From Phoronis australis (taxonomy: Eukaryota > Animalia > Phoronida): 64,000 bases of DNA. Location: contig NMRA01000118.1 in the NCBI GenBank assembly GCA_002633005.1, positions 496,707-560,706 on the forward strand. Direction: 5' to 3'. The notes below the pieces were generated by a model, which saw only the letters and a program-made list of their open reading frames with translations, was not told where the DNA came from and searched no databases. Shown here piece after piece: positions 12,338 through 26,081 of this stretch. How positions within the stretch are numbered: position 1 is the stretch's first letter; every line of letters begins with the position of its first letter. The position numbers and the translations under genes were made by a program.

Positions 12338-12605
12338 ATATATCTGTGTATTTGGGTAGCAGACCTGCTTTTATACATGTTTCATTGAAAAGTAAACTGT
12401 TCTTGGCGTTAATTAGTTTGTAGAACAAACTTTCGTAGTGTCTACACAAGTGTCTTTCATCGGATGGTAGTTGATATAGTAGATCGCCCACTGTAAGTGG
12501 CATCCAACACATATATAAGAGTAAATATATAATAAAACTCTGTACAAAATATTTCATAATAAAACAGTAGCGGTACTTCGACTATACATCAGTCATCAAA
12601 GGCAA
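12338..12605 (-). mobile_element. 5' fragment of a Penelope-like retroelement ORF
   Basis: RHLCRHYESLFYKLINAKNSLLFNETCIKAGLLPKYT resembles the N-terminal FxxxCxxxxLxPK segment of PLE RT/GIY-YIG ORFs; truncated before RT. Confidence 0.65.
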
Positions 12606-14632
12606 ATGAATTTAAAAATCGTAAACGCTATCGTGTAAGATACATGAAACAAGAACAATGGCATTAAACACGAATATAATGTTGCATACATAAGAGCGCA
12701 ATTACAGAAGGAATTGTCATGGAAACTAATGTTCTATGAAACGTTGTGAAATTTAATAAAATACATAGGTGTTACAACTTATGGACATTATTTATATAAC
12801 GACAACATACTAGGTACCATCGTACCGCCAACAAAGAGTGCAAGGGGTGATTATTTTTCGTCGTAAACATTTAATAAGTTATCTGTGTAGTCAGATAATT
12901 AAGAGATCAAGCCGGGCTTGACGGATAGTACAACTTCTACTTCAAAACGATTTTTCCCAAACAAGTTTGACATGATGTGTTAGGTATACGACCAATGTAA
13001 ACAAAAAATGGCACTGATGCTTGGAAACCAGTTACCATTGCAACACCGCGATTCATTTAGTGGACCTCATTTCATGCAGTTTAAAAGAACGGCAGTTCGT
13101 TGAACGGACGCATACTAATGTCAGATCTGCCCCACAAAACTAATAATATTTACACGTACATGTATATATGGACAGGCAGAATAACACGCACCCTAAATAT
13201 GGACGCAAAAACATTGTCACTCCTTTCCACATTCCCATGAAAAGGCGTCAAATTACTTTCAAGAAAAACATGCGTTTATTTGTCATACAATGAGTGAATT
13301 TTGTGCGCTCCCAACTTCATGAATATTATACAGCGCCTAACAGAACTGGCTTGGTTATCACATGTCCACACAGCGAAGTACAGAATTTAACTTGTTGTTC
13401 AGCTAAGTCGTTGAATAATTAATTAAGGCAGTAACTACTGAAATATGGATGATCTCAAACGCAGGTTTGCTTATTTAGCTGGCCCGGACAGTCCTGCGCA
13501 CTTTTGTAAAATTACTGGAAGTGGAAACTTAAAAGGTATCACGTAAATGTGTAAGGGGTGACGGAGATGTTTGAGGAGCGTGGTAGTGCAAGAAATTAAC
13601 GTGTAATGCGAGGCGCAACTTCTCGTCTTAGACCGATCCGTCTCGACAGAGTTATGATGTTACACAGCAGGAGCTGGATTCTGTTATTTGCCCCAGTTAC
13701 TTATACAACCTCGGTGTGTACTTGTGGTACCTGGAGCACTCTGTACTTCAAATGCAAGTGTGGATGACTAAGACGGAAGACATATCTAACGTGACCAAAG
13801 GTTAGGCGCGACAAGTACCAAACCTGAGAGAAGGTAATATCTGTATCGATGGAAAATTCCCCAGGCTTCTAGACGTGTTTGACCACAAGTCAGGAAATAA
13901 AAAACATGAAAACTTGTCAAAAATCGCAACCTAAAGGAAGAATATTGGAAAAACGTTGTCGCCAAAAAGCACTGGCTTACAGAAGAGCACGTCCAACGTT
14001 ATTTTTTCTGGATTGGTCACTAAGTAAACATGGAAAACTGAGACAGTTTGATATAGAAGGAGTGACAAGAACAGACAGTCTACGGTTGAAGGCAATCTAA
14101 GGTATCACTGTCTGATAGCATTGAAATACATGCAAGCGACAGGGCCCACGGAACACTCGAGCCTTTCTGACTGGTTCCATTCTAGACAACAGAATTCGTA
14201 GTTTTCAACATAAAGGTGTATACCAAACTCTTCAACAATCGAGTGATAAAGTGCATAACAGCTTCAAAACAAAATTTTATTCCTGTCAATAATGACGAAA
14301 AGGAAAGGAAAAGGCTTACAAAAAGACGAAGCAATACAATTCTAAACATTATAAGAGCAAACGAACATGGCCAGCCAGTGTACATGACAGAGATTTCGCA
14401 CGTAGAATAATGAAAGTAAACAATACAGAATAGACTTTAACAATAATTATAGTAAAAAAGATAATTTGGCTAAAATGTGTTGATCGCTCGGTATTCAAGC
14501 TAACATAAAGATGAAGCAATATAGGCTATGTGCATGACTGCGAGGCAATATTACCAGCAGCACGCTTTCGCCCTCCACCCAAACAACGACTGCATGGCAT
14601 TTCTTAGAAGGATCACTTGCATTTCAATAACA

Positions 14633-17489
14633 TCAATTGCGTTTCATCAACATCACTTCGTTGTGGCGATTAAAAAACGAAAAAGGGCTATCGTATCCGG
14701 CGGTGAACCATTGCGACGTATCGTAAGAGGCCTTACTCCCAATGGCATTCGCAAGTTCGTGCACTTCGTCAAGCCAAGGTTTTTCAGAAAACATATCATA
14801 ACCCTTGAAGGACCTGAAATAAAGTTAACATACTGTACACGTAGCCTCAAATGATAGCTTAGGCATCACAAAGGAATGTTGGATAGCGATCGTCCAAAGT
14901 AGCGCCACTAGAAGACGTGGATGAACTAACGTTTCTGGCCATCAGTGGATGCCTAGAATTCCACAAAGCTATACTCTGGCATTACGTCACGACAGGGGGG
15001 AAAGAAACTGTCTCAGTTGAACTGCCCCATTCCATGAAAAGCTAACTTTGATTTAGGTCTCTTGCACCTTACAAATGGTTTCCATTTTCCCTTTCTCAAG
15101 ACAAAACTGGAGGTGATTTCCACCTGTGGAAAGATCAGTAGAGAATTGGCCACTGACCACGAAAGTTTACATGAGAAAATTGACCAATGGAGTGGCGTTG
15201 CTGATCTGTTTTCAACTTTGACATCATCCCCATGCATGCTTTGTGCGAAATCGCTAAGCCGTTTCAAGGTCCTAAAACGCAAGGACATGTAATAAGTCTA
15301 TTTCTCCAACAACCCACGTACCTCACATACATTGTGACCTCAGGAAAGTAGGAAATGTAAAGAGAGGCATCTTTTGGTTTAGGTGGCTTGACAGCAATCT
15401 TTTTGGAGAGGTAGAAATGTTCAGTGAAGGTCGTTGCACACGTTGGGCCTTGGCCAGGAATGACCATTCTCAGCACTGGAGCTGTCATATCAATCTTCAT
15501 GTCTGTAATTTTGAAACAAATTAGCATACACATAGATGCCCTTACTTCTTATGCAAAGCTCATTCACTGTGATTTCAATCCTCAAAACATCTATCTATAC
15601 TTACTACACTGGTATGACCGGAAATGCACATTCTCGTTCATTCGAAAAATTACAATTTCGGTTTTGTTAAATGCAGAAAAGACATGTTACTGTATTCAAT
15701 CAAGGAAGTGTGCCCCGTTGCTACTGATCACTACCTGCCCATCATCCTATAAGCGGACACATTGATCACTTGAAATTAATCACTATTGTTAACTAATCCA
15801 CAATTTATTTTGTTAGATATAAGGGATTATCTTTTAGGACAGGGTGTTATCTGCACACATTTTACGTTGCTACGCAACGAGCTTCCTGTAAATAGGTCAC
15901 GACTATGCCGGATTAAAAACAAAACCGGGTCCTTACGCTCTGAGTTCTCTCCTCCAATATAGTCGAATAGTTTACGGAACATTTTGGATCCGGTGCCAAC
16001 GTAGTCAGTTCCGGTCATGTTGGTGCCAACCCAGGCGGATGCAGCATAACGACGGATCTCGTAATCCTGAAAATGCAGCAATTACATGTAACATGAGTTT
16101 TTTAATGTAGAAAAACGTTGGAAAATGTCTTCAGTTATGGTTCAGTTTACTTAATGCATATTGAAGCTTGATGATCCTTCTACTAAAAGTAAACTATACT
16201 TTGCTTTGACATGTTGCAGGCATAGCCTAACACCAGATCCTTTTGGCAAATAAAGTAGCGACCCTCGACCCTCAAAAGTTCCATGCAACACTTTACACTG
16301 TCTGGCAAATCCACTTGCGCTTGCGGATAATTCATGCGGCGAAATCGCTCCAGTTGAACAACACTGGGCATATGATTCAGGACAACTATAACGCCGTACT
16401 CCTAATGCCACAGATTCGACATTGCGGTCCTTTGTGGGAGCTTTTCCCACAGTTGCCGAGTAATTCGCTGAGAAGCGTACGTCACGCTTGCCCTTTTAGC
16501 AGACTTTAAAAAGAGTTTTCATATTTTCCTCCGAAGTTCTGAGTGTTGTCGAGGGTAACCGAGCATTATTTTGTTTCATACACTGTAGAAGTCATGCACG
16601 CACCCAGGGGGCTCGGCGAAGTGGGCAAAAAGGTCCGCCTGCGAGAAACAAAAAGTCCGAGAATATGAGACAAAAGTCCACTAAACAAGCACAAACGCAC
16701 AGCGTTGCGCCCGTTTTTTTGTTTTTTAGTCCGCCAGCTATTTTGTTACCAAAAGGTCCGCAACGTTAGGAATTCGAGCCCCCCATGAATGAGGACGCCG
16801 TTTTTAGTATCTGTTAATAACGGGTTTGGCATCCCTTGACTAATACCATTGTTAGACAATATGCTACAACAATCGTCGATCAGTTTGTCGCGTGATAATG
16901 GACCCTGAAAACGTTAGCCCATCATACTTTTTGACCTAAGTTCATACTTAGATTCCAGACTAAAATATGTAAGAGCTTGAGTTTGAAAACTGGATGCAAG
17001 ACTGCGCAATCCACCATATTCATGGGCGGCGCAGCATAGAAGTAAATGCGGGGCTACAGCGCCCAGCCCCCTATTTGGTGTGCCGACCATGTCCTTGCTC
17101 CTTGGGTAACGCAGCACTGAAATAAGCGAGGGGTTATAGCCCCAACAGCCCCCTATGATGCGCCGCCTATGGCTATTTAAACACCTCTTTAAGGACAGGT
17201 GAATACACAGCAGGAGCAGTCCTTACGCGTAAGCGGAGTTTTGCATCTGATCCATAGAAGCGACAGTGTGTAAACTTTGACATGTATCATCTCCATCGGA
17301 GTGTGTTTACCTAACCCATAAACAGGTTACCACTTAGAATTAAGTTTCACCTACCTTCGTTTTGTTGACCACCTTGTACTGTGGACAGTCCAGTTCGTGA
17401 CAGAAGCTTGGCTTTTTCCACGAGATGGCATCGTTTTGGGCGGCGACACAAACAAGGGACAAGCACAGTGCAGCTAAGTACTTCATCAT
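14633..17489 (-). CDS. HEBP2: SOUL/heme-binding protein family (HEBP2-like), secreted, paralog 1, 208 aa
   Basis: Exons 17489-17355, 16066-15937, 15502-15322, 14813-14633, all GT-AG, phases 0/1/2, 627 nt. Signal peptide MMKYLAALCLSLVCVAA. SOUL motifs DYEIRRY, FRKLFDYIGGEN, KIDMTAPV, PPKPKD, FTAGYDSPF..NRHNEV. Symbol is family-level. Confidence 0.93.
16593..16790. mobile_element. MITE-like repeat, relative of 17655-17899
   Basis: Shares ggcgaagtgggcaaaaaggtccgcct..gagaaacaaaaagtccgagaa and aattcgagcccccc with 17655-17899; right end degraded. Confidence 0.7.
17021..17171. mobile_element. Short MITE, relative of 49417-49560
   Basis: CATGGGCGGCGCAGCA..TGATGCGCCGCCTATG termini and a two-unit internal structure (ggggctanagccc..cagccccctat) shared with 49417-49560. 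Confidence 0.7.
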
Positions 17490-17654
17490 GAGTCCTATGA
17501 ATGCAACAAATATGAATACCAATGTTAATCCTAACACAGAGGGTATGAAACACTGAAAGCATAAATATTATTAGTGCTTAGCGGAAGCTATTACCAAGGC
17601 TGTGGCTTCGTGCGCTTCATATGTTCAGGCTGAAACTGCAACGACACGACATGC

Positions 17655-17899
17655 TATGCGCGCACCTAGGGGGGCTCCATTTGGCGAAGGGCGAAGTGGG
17701 CAAAAAGGTCCGCCTCGGAGAAACAAAAAGTCCGAGAAAACGAGACAGAAGTCCACTCAAAAAGCGCAAATGCGCAATTCCACAATTCATTGTACTGAAC
17801 GTGGTTCCCCGTATTTTTATACCCCCGTATTTTTTGGTAGTAAAAGATCCACATTACCAAAAATTCGAGCCCCCCCCTATACATGTATGTGCGTGCATG
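17655..17899. mobile_element. MITE with near-perfect 5-bp TSD
   Basis: Termini TATGCGCGCAC / GTGCGTGCATG; flanks CATGC (17650-17654) and CATAC (17900-17904). Confidence 0.65.
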
Positions 17900-20800
17900 C
17901 ATACAGGTGGTTTTAAGAACGAACTTTTGTTTTCAGTGCTTTGATGGCTTAAACGGATACTAAACCCAATTATGAAGATTTCAACCAAAATTAACCCCCA
18001 TTCTCTCACTTGCTAAGCATCAGTGATGTCAGACTACCAAGTTAAAGACAGGAATTAACTAAAACCGCATACACCCAATCTCACAGATTGGGCACTGTGG
18101 TCCTCGGTGGGTGTAACGCGAAGGTAACACTTGCCGTTTAGCAGACTTCGAAAGTTTTAAAATTTCTCCTCTTAACCCTTGAGTGTTGTCGAGGGTTACC
18201 GAGGGTAAATTGGTTGCACGGAACAGGATGGGAAAGTCGTTTTTCGTATCTGTTCAAAGACCAAAACCGGGTTTGATATCCTCTTAACCGATCGACGGAG
18301 AATTATGTAACAAACAACCACCTCAAATTTTGTGAAGGAGGAGAAATTTACAGTGTTGCCAGGGACATTGCGAAATCTCTTTTTCACAGTGGGACTACAT
18401 CACCTTAACTGACTTATGGGTTTTGTGTGGTTTACTCTGCCCTGTAGCAATAGAAGCGTTGAAAAGGTCTAGGAAGTCATAACATTTGCACTTTTGACTG
18501 TACAGTTAGCTTTGTATTCTATAAAGAAAAATGTTTTGTAGTATACAAGTCTCTGGTTGGTGTTTTGTATTTTTCACATGGAATATTTTCAACTTAGTAC
18601 ATGATTTGTCAAACATTGTTTTATTTCTAGGTGTGTGATCTTTTAGTAAGTGCTTATACTTTTAAAAACTGCAGAATTAGATCATTACTCTTCATTTAAA
18701 GGAGAATAAATCCACAAACCTGCATTGTCGAAAACTTTTACTCAATCTTCTTATTACAAAGTTGGGGATTGGAATTTAATACAACGGAATCTGAACTCGT
18801 ACAGCCATGAGCAATACAAAACAATACATGGAAATTAAAATTTGTCATGTTTAGGTTCCACGGAAATGATTCGTGTGAGTGGTAAAAATTAGTGCGGTGC
18901 GTTTTAAGTGTTTGTGGATACTTTGGAAATCCTCTTCTGCGTCATCCACTGGAAAAGTGGTTGCACAGAGAACAAAAAATTAGCATCTTCGTTGTTCCCG
19001 TTGATATAATAAAGGTAATGACAAGCATTTATCGGAAACGGTCTGATGTACGCCCAGGGTTCTATATCCATTCGATCTGTGTTGTTGTTTTCCAACAATG
19101 ACGCAATGAAAGAAAACAATGATACGACAGATGGGCAGTTTGTTTCTGTGTATCTTGTCCAAACCCTGGATTTAGTCTGGAAAACAATAGATTTCTGCAG
19201 CCTTTTGTTTTAAGTCCTATGAAAAATTGTGGTTATGCCGCACTAAACTTACCATTCATGTAATATTACAGTGCATTACGTAAAATTAACATTTGATCAA
19301 CAGAAAAAGTGTGAAGAAATACCCATGAGGAAACTACAAGTCATAACAACTATAAAATAAAATAACCCGCATTTGTCGAGTTTTTGTCTGGTATCCAAGA
19401 GAGTAAGTGGTATGAAGTAGATCATTCAAAACATTCAGGAGGAGCAAACTCATTGCAAAATATCAGAAAATAGTAAAGACAATCTGATCTTACGTGTTGA
19501 CGCAGTGATCGAAGTTATTTGAAAATTTCTCATCAAAACATATATAATTGAGGTGCCAAAATGTATAACTAATAAACTGGCTCACAAAGTTTTTATTTTA
19601 AGCAATGAAAGTTACATGTTTTGTCAATATTGTGGCCAAGATTCATTCTCATAACACAACGGGCAGAACCTCAAAATAGCAAAACGGGGGGGGGGGTAGT
19701 AAAACTACTAAATGAGGGTGGTAAATCGGTTTCTGCTTTTCAAGACATCTATCTGTATAGCAATCTACTGGAACCACTAAACAATGCCAAGTGAATAATA
19801 GTTCAATAGCTTTCACTGAAGGAAAAAATAAACAGTTGGTTAATATTAGCCAGTTTTACAGCGTGAAAATATGGCTGAGAAGCCGTAAAATGTGTCTGAA
19901 CCTATAAATAACTTAGGTACAACATAATATTTTGAGGAAATATTTTACCACTGTTTATAGATCCCATAGCCATAGGTCTACCTATGTGTCAAATTTGGTG
20001 AAAATCGACACACTCCCACTTTGCCGCAGGATGGCTAGTGCTCTCGTGGACAAGTACTAAAATTAAAAGCTCACCGTGGATTTATGAAGTTGAAAGGGGC
20101 CCCCGGGCGGGGGGGGACACTAGAGCACCCAATGTGAACACTTTGGGGCTGAATTGAACCGGAAAAGAAGAACGAATCGGTCCATGTATCCTGTTGTCAG
20201 TGTCGTCGAACCCAGGGTAGGGAACTCGGCGCCACAGCTATACAACAGACTATCGTGATATCGATCCTTACTTGTTGGCGCATGTTAGTATGAAACTGAG
20301 GTGCACGTAACTGTGAACAATAACGATAAAACAAAGTGGCCTTCAATAGGTTACGAAAAACGCACGAGTCCCGTGTGCCCCCTAATAGTAAACACGTGAC
20401 AAACATGGGTCCCGCCGGTGTCCAGGATTTTTCCTGATATATAGACCTACTCATATCGTTTTTCATCTGAATTTTCCAAAACAGTGCAAAATTGGTTTAC
20501 TTTAAAGGCCTAAATTTGCTTCAAATAAGGTCTAAAACACGAGCTTCTATTCCTACCTGCTTACTCCTTTGATGCTTTGACAATACGAGCTGAATAACTT
20601 ATGTAGTCGGGAACTCACCCTTTGTCACAATTTCTGAACGAGTTCAATCGTGAGTAGTTGTATACTAAGGCTCGGAAAAGCAGAGTTGAATCTACTACAA
20701 GGGCTTTGAAACTAACGAATGAGAAATGCGTTCGTTTTCTGTAAGTACCTTCATCAAGCTTATGCTAGGCGTATGTGAGGAAGAGCAATAGATAACCGAA

Positions 20801-23043
20801 CCCCAAGTTGATACATTTGGGATTCACCTAAACCTGTCACCCCTTCATAAAGTTCAAAATAGAACATTCCAAACTGTTATGAAACGTCCAGCCGCTCACG
20901 TGAGTTACATAAGTATTTTTCTCACATGACTTGGGAGGAGTGACGAGACGGCTGGCTTAACCTCGGCAAGCCCAGGGATCTTGACGAAATTTCCAAGAGG
21001 TTTTGTCCAATTTGATAAATATATTAATATGTTAAATATTGGTTTGCCCATGTCATAAACCTGAGACTCGTGTAGGATTCTCTATGTATAAATCCGGTTG
21101 TGTGTTTTCCTTCAATTAAAAATGATACACAACGTCAAATCTTATGTAAACTTGCATTTTCCTAAAAATTTTGTTCTCATGTTTTTTTAAAATTCTAGTC
21201 ACGTCTTGGATCTTTGAAATAGTAGTATTCGAGAACTATAACACAGAGACATCTAGCGGGAGAGGTCACACCTACTTTGGCCCTGATACTAGCAAGCTGT
21301 TCACTGAGGAGGTCTGAGGAACATAAAGACTAAGCAAGCGAATGTTTTCCGTTTCCTTTCTCTTATTTAAGTAATAAATGCGTTGTTCATTTTTAATTTT
21401 TTTTGGCAAGCGAGACAAACCTTCACGGTCGTTGCTGGTGATATGACTAAAGTGTTGTACTTATCGGCGCACTCCGGCTTCAGTGTGCCTTATATCTACG
21501 GAACTGAGAATAGACTTAAACAGATGAAATTTACGTATTTTCTGAAAATAATAAGACTGTATAATTTTATGCTTTAATTATACCAATCTGCCATTAATTA
21601 GATGATGTGTGACTACGAATTTTTAGTAAAATGCAGCCAAATATACATCAGATAGTAAAACAATAGCTTGACCTAATTCCGTTTGATATGTTAAAGAGGA
21701 AATTTCAAAAACGATGTTGCAATGTTCGGAACTACTATATCGTTTTGTTTTACGCAACTTTCGATTGTTTTAATAAACGTTCTACTTGTGACAGCCTTTT
21801 AGGCAAAAGTGGGACACCTTAAAAACAATGTTGAAAGTTGCATATGAATCTGATCCTGAATCTGAGATATGATGTTCCGACGTTTGTCAAATTTGGGCAT
21901 GTCTCCATAATCATTAAGTCGTAGCTTCTGAAGTCTGAACCATGCCACGTCATTTCCCTAATTGCGAGACTGTCTCCTATTGTCCGGAAATTGCCCCTAA
22001 ATCATTTGTACTTGAACATTCATTTCATATGCTCGATCTTGTCAAAGATCATCGTCTCTGTAGCTGTGTTCCCACCGTTTCCAGGCCTATCACTGATCGG
22101 ATGTCGTCCTTAGGGCCTTGACAGACGTTTGAAGAAAATCATCAAGACAGTCACGTAATTTTGTACTGAACAATCAAATAACCCGAAAAAGTGGAATTAA
22201 AAATTCCATTTTACTTTTGATCCATTGCATAATTGAGTTTTTAAAATTACCGCTTGATGTGTTCAGAGAGTATTCTGTGTGCATGTGAAATAGTTGTGCT
22301 GGATAGGAGCCGAGCCCAGTGCGCTGCTTTGTCCGGGAGTCTTGCGACCTGCAGTGGTCACTGACTCCTTCCTGGCCCTTGACTACGGCAAGGCATAGAT
22401 AATAAAAACAAAATTCCTTTATTAACAAGCTTGATTGAACATTTCAAAAATTCGTTCTAAGAGATTCTGTTAATTCGGCTTGTTTTGCAGCTGACTACTG
22501 GGTTGGCTTAATTAAGCACCCTGTCCACGGAGTACTCATTCGCGTTTTTATCAGACGACAAATTATCTTTCAGTGTCGGGCACAAAACGTAATGTCAAGC
22601 AATTATTTCTGCCTTGATATCTTCTCTTTCTTCAGTCCCTTTCTCGTACATTGCCCCTTTGCCGAACTGTATTTGAGAGGACTCACTAAAATTAATGTCG
22701 TATCCCCGAGAAGTTGTTTCATATTTCCAGGTGAGCCGCTGATATCTTTAATTCCGTCCCATTCGAACAAATACTCGTGATGTCGTTATTGACAGCTTTG
22801 ATAATTCACTCGTAAAATTGACAGCGAAACCATTCAACAGTGCGTGCCAGCTCCGGCGTTGATTTTGTATCGATAACACCGGCGTTTCAATATCGGGCAC
22901 TTAATCGAGCCAAGACGGTAATGTCAGTCCACGCTAAACTTCTACATGTTTCTGTGATGCATCAGTTTGCTTCTGTCTCTTACTAAAAATCAGTTCATCT
23001 CATCATACTGATCAATTAAGAGTGTGTTTTTTCTCATTTTGAA

Positions 23044-23601
23044 CTAATTATGTTTCAAGAACATGACTTCGTTATGACGATTTAAGAACGTAAAGGGACT
23101 ATCATAGCCAGCTGTGAACCAGCTTCTCGTCTCGTACAGCGACGTGTTGCCAATGGCAACGGCGAGATTCTGCGCTTCTTCAATCCAAGTCTGTTCGGTT
23201 CTGGCAAAACCTTTGAAAGATCTGAAATAAAGTGAAATTAGCGCTGACTATTGCTACATTGTTTATCTAGTTGTAAGACACATTTATTTGGGTTATCAGC
23301 CAGAAACTCAAAACCATGATGCGGCGCCGTGAACACTGCAGGGGTGTTTGAAAGCGAACATTATGCGAGTACGGTCACCCGCGGGCGAGTGCAATGAACT
23401 GTTTGAAGGTGCGGACACTTGCACATTTTCAAAGATAAGTGTTATTTACTTGAATTACAATACCGGGCGCCTCGAGAGGACGTACGGAAGCTCTTAACAT
23501 CACATACAGCTGTAATCTTTCATTTTCATGACCACACAGCTCAACACGCAGACACACACACATACACGAACACGCACAGATCCACACTCTGAACCGACAA
23601 A

Positions 23602-23633
<32 letters not shown>

Positions 23634-26081
23634 CACACCGACACACGACGGACTATTGAATTACTAGCTGACTTACCAGGGGCGGATCCAGGAGTTTGAG
23701 TTAGGGTGGCCAGGACACAGGAATAACCAGAATTTCGGCACATGCGCGCGCCCAGCCTTAAATGTAGGGATGCAGGGGTCTCTAATGTTTGGGTTTGTGG
23801 ACCTTATTACTAAAAAATCTACTTCTCTTGCAACTTACTTACCTGACGTACATCGTGACCTCGGGAAATTTCGATATGTAAACAGTGGGGTCACTTGGAA
23901 CAGGTGCGTTAGCAGCGACATCTTTGGAGAGGTAAAAATGTTCAGTGAAGGTTGACGCACAAGTTGGACCTTGGCCTGGAATGATCTTTCTCAGCACTGG
24001 TGCTGTCATGGCTATTTTCATGCCTACAAAAAGATGGCAGAATACTATAGTAAAGACCTCGCAATATTATGTTGTAGGGGAATAAATTTGTTACTTTTTA
24101 TGACCTAAGCCACTCATTGTAAGAAAACTGGACCGAGGCGGGAGCGGAAACACACGCCCTCTAATAATGGCTGATGGGGAAAAGTTGGACAACAGGGATG
24201 ACGTCAGGGGAGGAAATTGCAAAATGATGTAGAAACGCCAGCACAACTGTTGTTAACATTCTGTATTTACTTATACACACGAGGGGTTTCTGCTGCTTAT
24301 TTGTCCCAATGCAAGATATAAAATGATGTATCGACCGGAACGAGCCCGGTAGTGAAGGCGGCCGCAGCCGCTGACTGGGGGCGAAGCTACGAGTATATGC
24401 CGACTCTGAGACGAAACGGTTGATGACTCGGCGTAGAAGTTCATCGACCTCTGTTGGCGCATTTAAATTGGCACGGAACATAAAAAATAGACGTAATTGT
24501 ATTATTCAAATTTTCTGCTACTGAAACAAAATTCAAACGGTTCCCCGCGTATTTTTGCCGTATGTTCGTAAAAATTTTGAATTTTTGTTGACGTCAAAAC
24601 GTTTTCTCAAAATTTGTTTCAAACTTAAAAAACATCTTTCAACTACTCGTCAGTTTGTCGATTTTCCCCACAAAGCAAAACACGTGTCGCTTGATTGACA
24701 TGCCAAGACAACAATTATTCTCTTATAATGGAAATTGTGACCTTTGACCTATGATGAAGACAAAACAATGGCAATTATGCACTTGGGTATTTTTTGAGTG
24801 CATGAGTGCTTATAAATTAGGGGCGGAAAATTTGAAAACTGTATTGGCATGAAGAAATGTAAATGTCATCTGTGTGCTTCAAAAATAGTAAGTCTGGCGA
24901 TTTTTTCTGGATAATCTTGCAACATTCAAAATGAATAACTCTCATGTTAGCATTACCAAGAAGTAGTTTCGCCGCGATATGTTTAAAAGATATTTTTACG
25001 AATTTATCCTTTCCAGGCCTCTTTAAATGCAACTTCAATCAAATAATATACCATATCAAGATGCGAATAAAACCTGCTTATTTTTTTTCTGAGATCAATG
25101 ACATGTAGGTAAAACTGGCCGGGACGTCATTGCAGCTACTCTATACGACAGTAATTCGTCGTCGCTACGCCCAGTTAACAAGGGGACCTTACTCTTTGAG
25201 TTCTTTCCTTGAATGTAGTTGAACAACTTCCTGAACATTATACTTCCAGTGCTGCCGTAATCTGTTCCAGTCATGTTTGTACTGACCCAGGCTGATGGGG
25301 CATAGCGACGAATCTCGTAATCCTAAAGATGGAATAAAATTTAATTAAAATTAGCAATGTCTAATTTGTTTGAGTAATCGGCCACATGCCCACCATAATA
25401 CGCCTTACGTGAAACTGAAGTTTTCATTGACACGAAGTCCATCGCCAATCGATCAATGAAAAGAGACACTTAAACAAAAACTACTTAGTATTGCTTTCGG
25501 AGGGTTCTACTCAGGATGAAAACAGTTGGGAATGAACTTGGATCGCACTGCATTCCTTGGCGATAATTCATTATACGACAATACAAAACGAAAATATAAA
25601 ATCTGTTTTAGAATGGAACTCGATTTTGAATTTTCGTTTTGAAGATTTGTTATGTCTGATAGTAACAATTTTGATTGGTTTTAATTTTTTTGCAATTGAA
25701 ACTAAACAGGGTTTGTGTCCACAAACACGTCGAGGTCATTGTCGTTTTATTGTTAATGATTAATCTGGGGGACGCCGATTATTGTTTCCACGATTTCTGT
25801 TATGAAGGATGCGTTGGGGATTTCTGTACCCGGATAAAATATCATGATTATTTCTGATGAAAAAAAAGCACTTTGAAAGTCCAGTTGTAATTAGAATTTG
25901 GTCGTCTTCTTCGCTAAAATTTGATCCAACAACTTTAAGCAAAACTCACTTTCGTTTGGTTGACCACCATATACTCTGGGCAATCAAGACCACGGCAAAA
26001 GCTTGGCTTTTTCCACGATGAGACGTCCGTTTTGGCGGCAACACAAGCAATTGCCATGCACAAGGCAAAGAATTTCACCAT
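23044..26081 (-). CDS. HEBP2: SOUL/heme-binding protein family (HEBP2-like), secreted, paralog 2, 206 aa
   Basis: Exons 26081-25950, 25322-25193, 24023-23843, 23221-23044, with the same intron positions and phases as paralog 1. MVKFFALCMAIACVAA signal; WKKPSFCRGLDCPEY, DYEIRRYAPSAWVST, FRKLFNYIQGKN, KIAMTAPV, FTAGYDSPFTFLNRHNEVMFLKHN*. Symbol is family-level. Confidence 0.93.
23601..23638. repeat. (GCAC)n(AC)n compound microsatellite
   Basis: acgcacgcacgcacgcacgcacacacacacacacacac read directly. Confidence 0.9.

Noticed and set aside
13031-13044. X-box-like GTTACCATTGCAAC
   Set aside because: Imperfect half-site, and no gene start could be linked to it.
21950-22860. Possible third SOUL copy or other gene between the paralogs
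   Set aside because: Some coding-like minus-strand stretches, but no SOUL motifs and stops in all frames.
23146-23160. X-box-like palindrome GTTGCCAATGGCAAC
   Set aside because: Lies in the last coding exon of SOUL paralog 2 (VAIGN) and is explained by codons.
25854-25885. CTGATGA..GAAA hammerhead-like core; similar at ~57998
   Set aside because: No convincing flanking stems; chance matches in AT-rich DNA.
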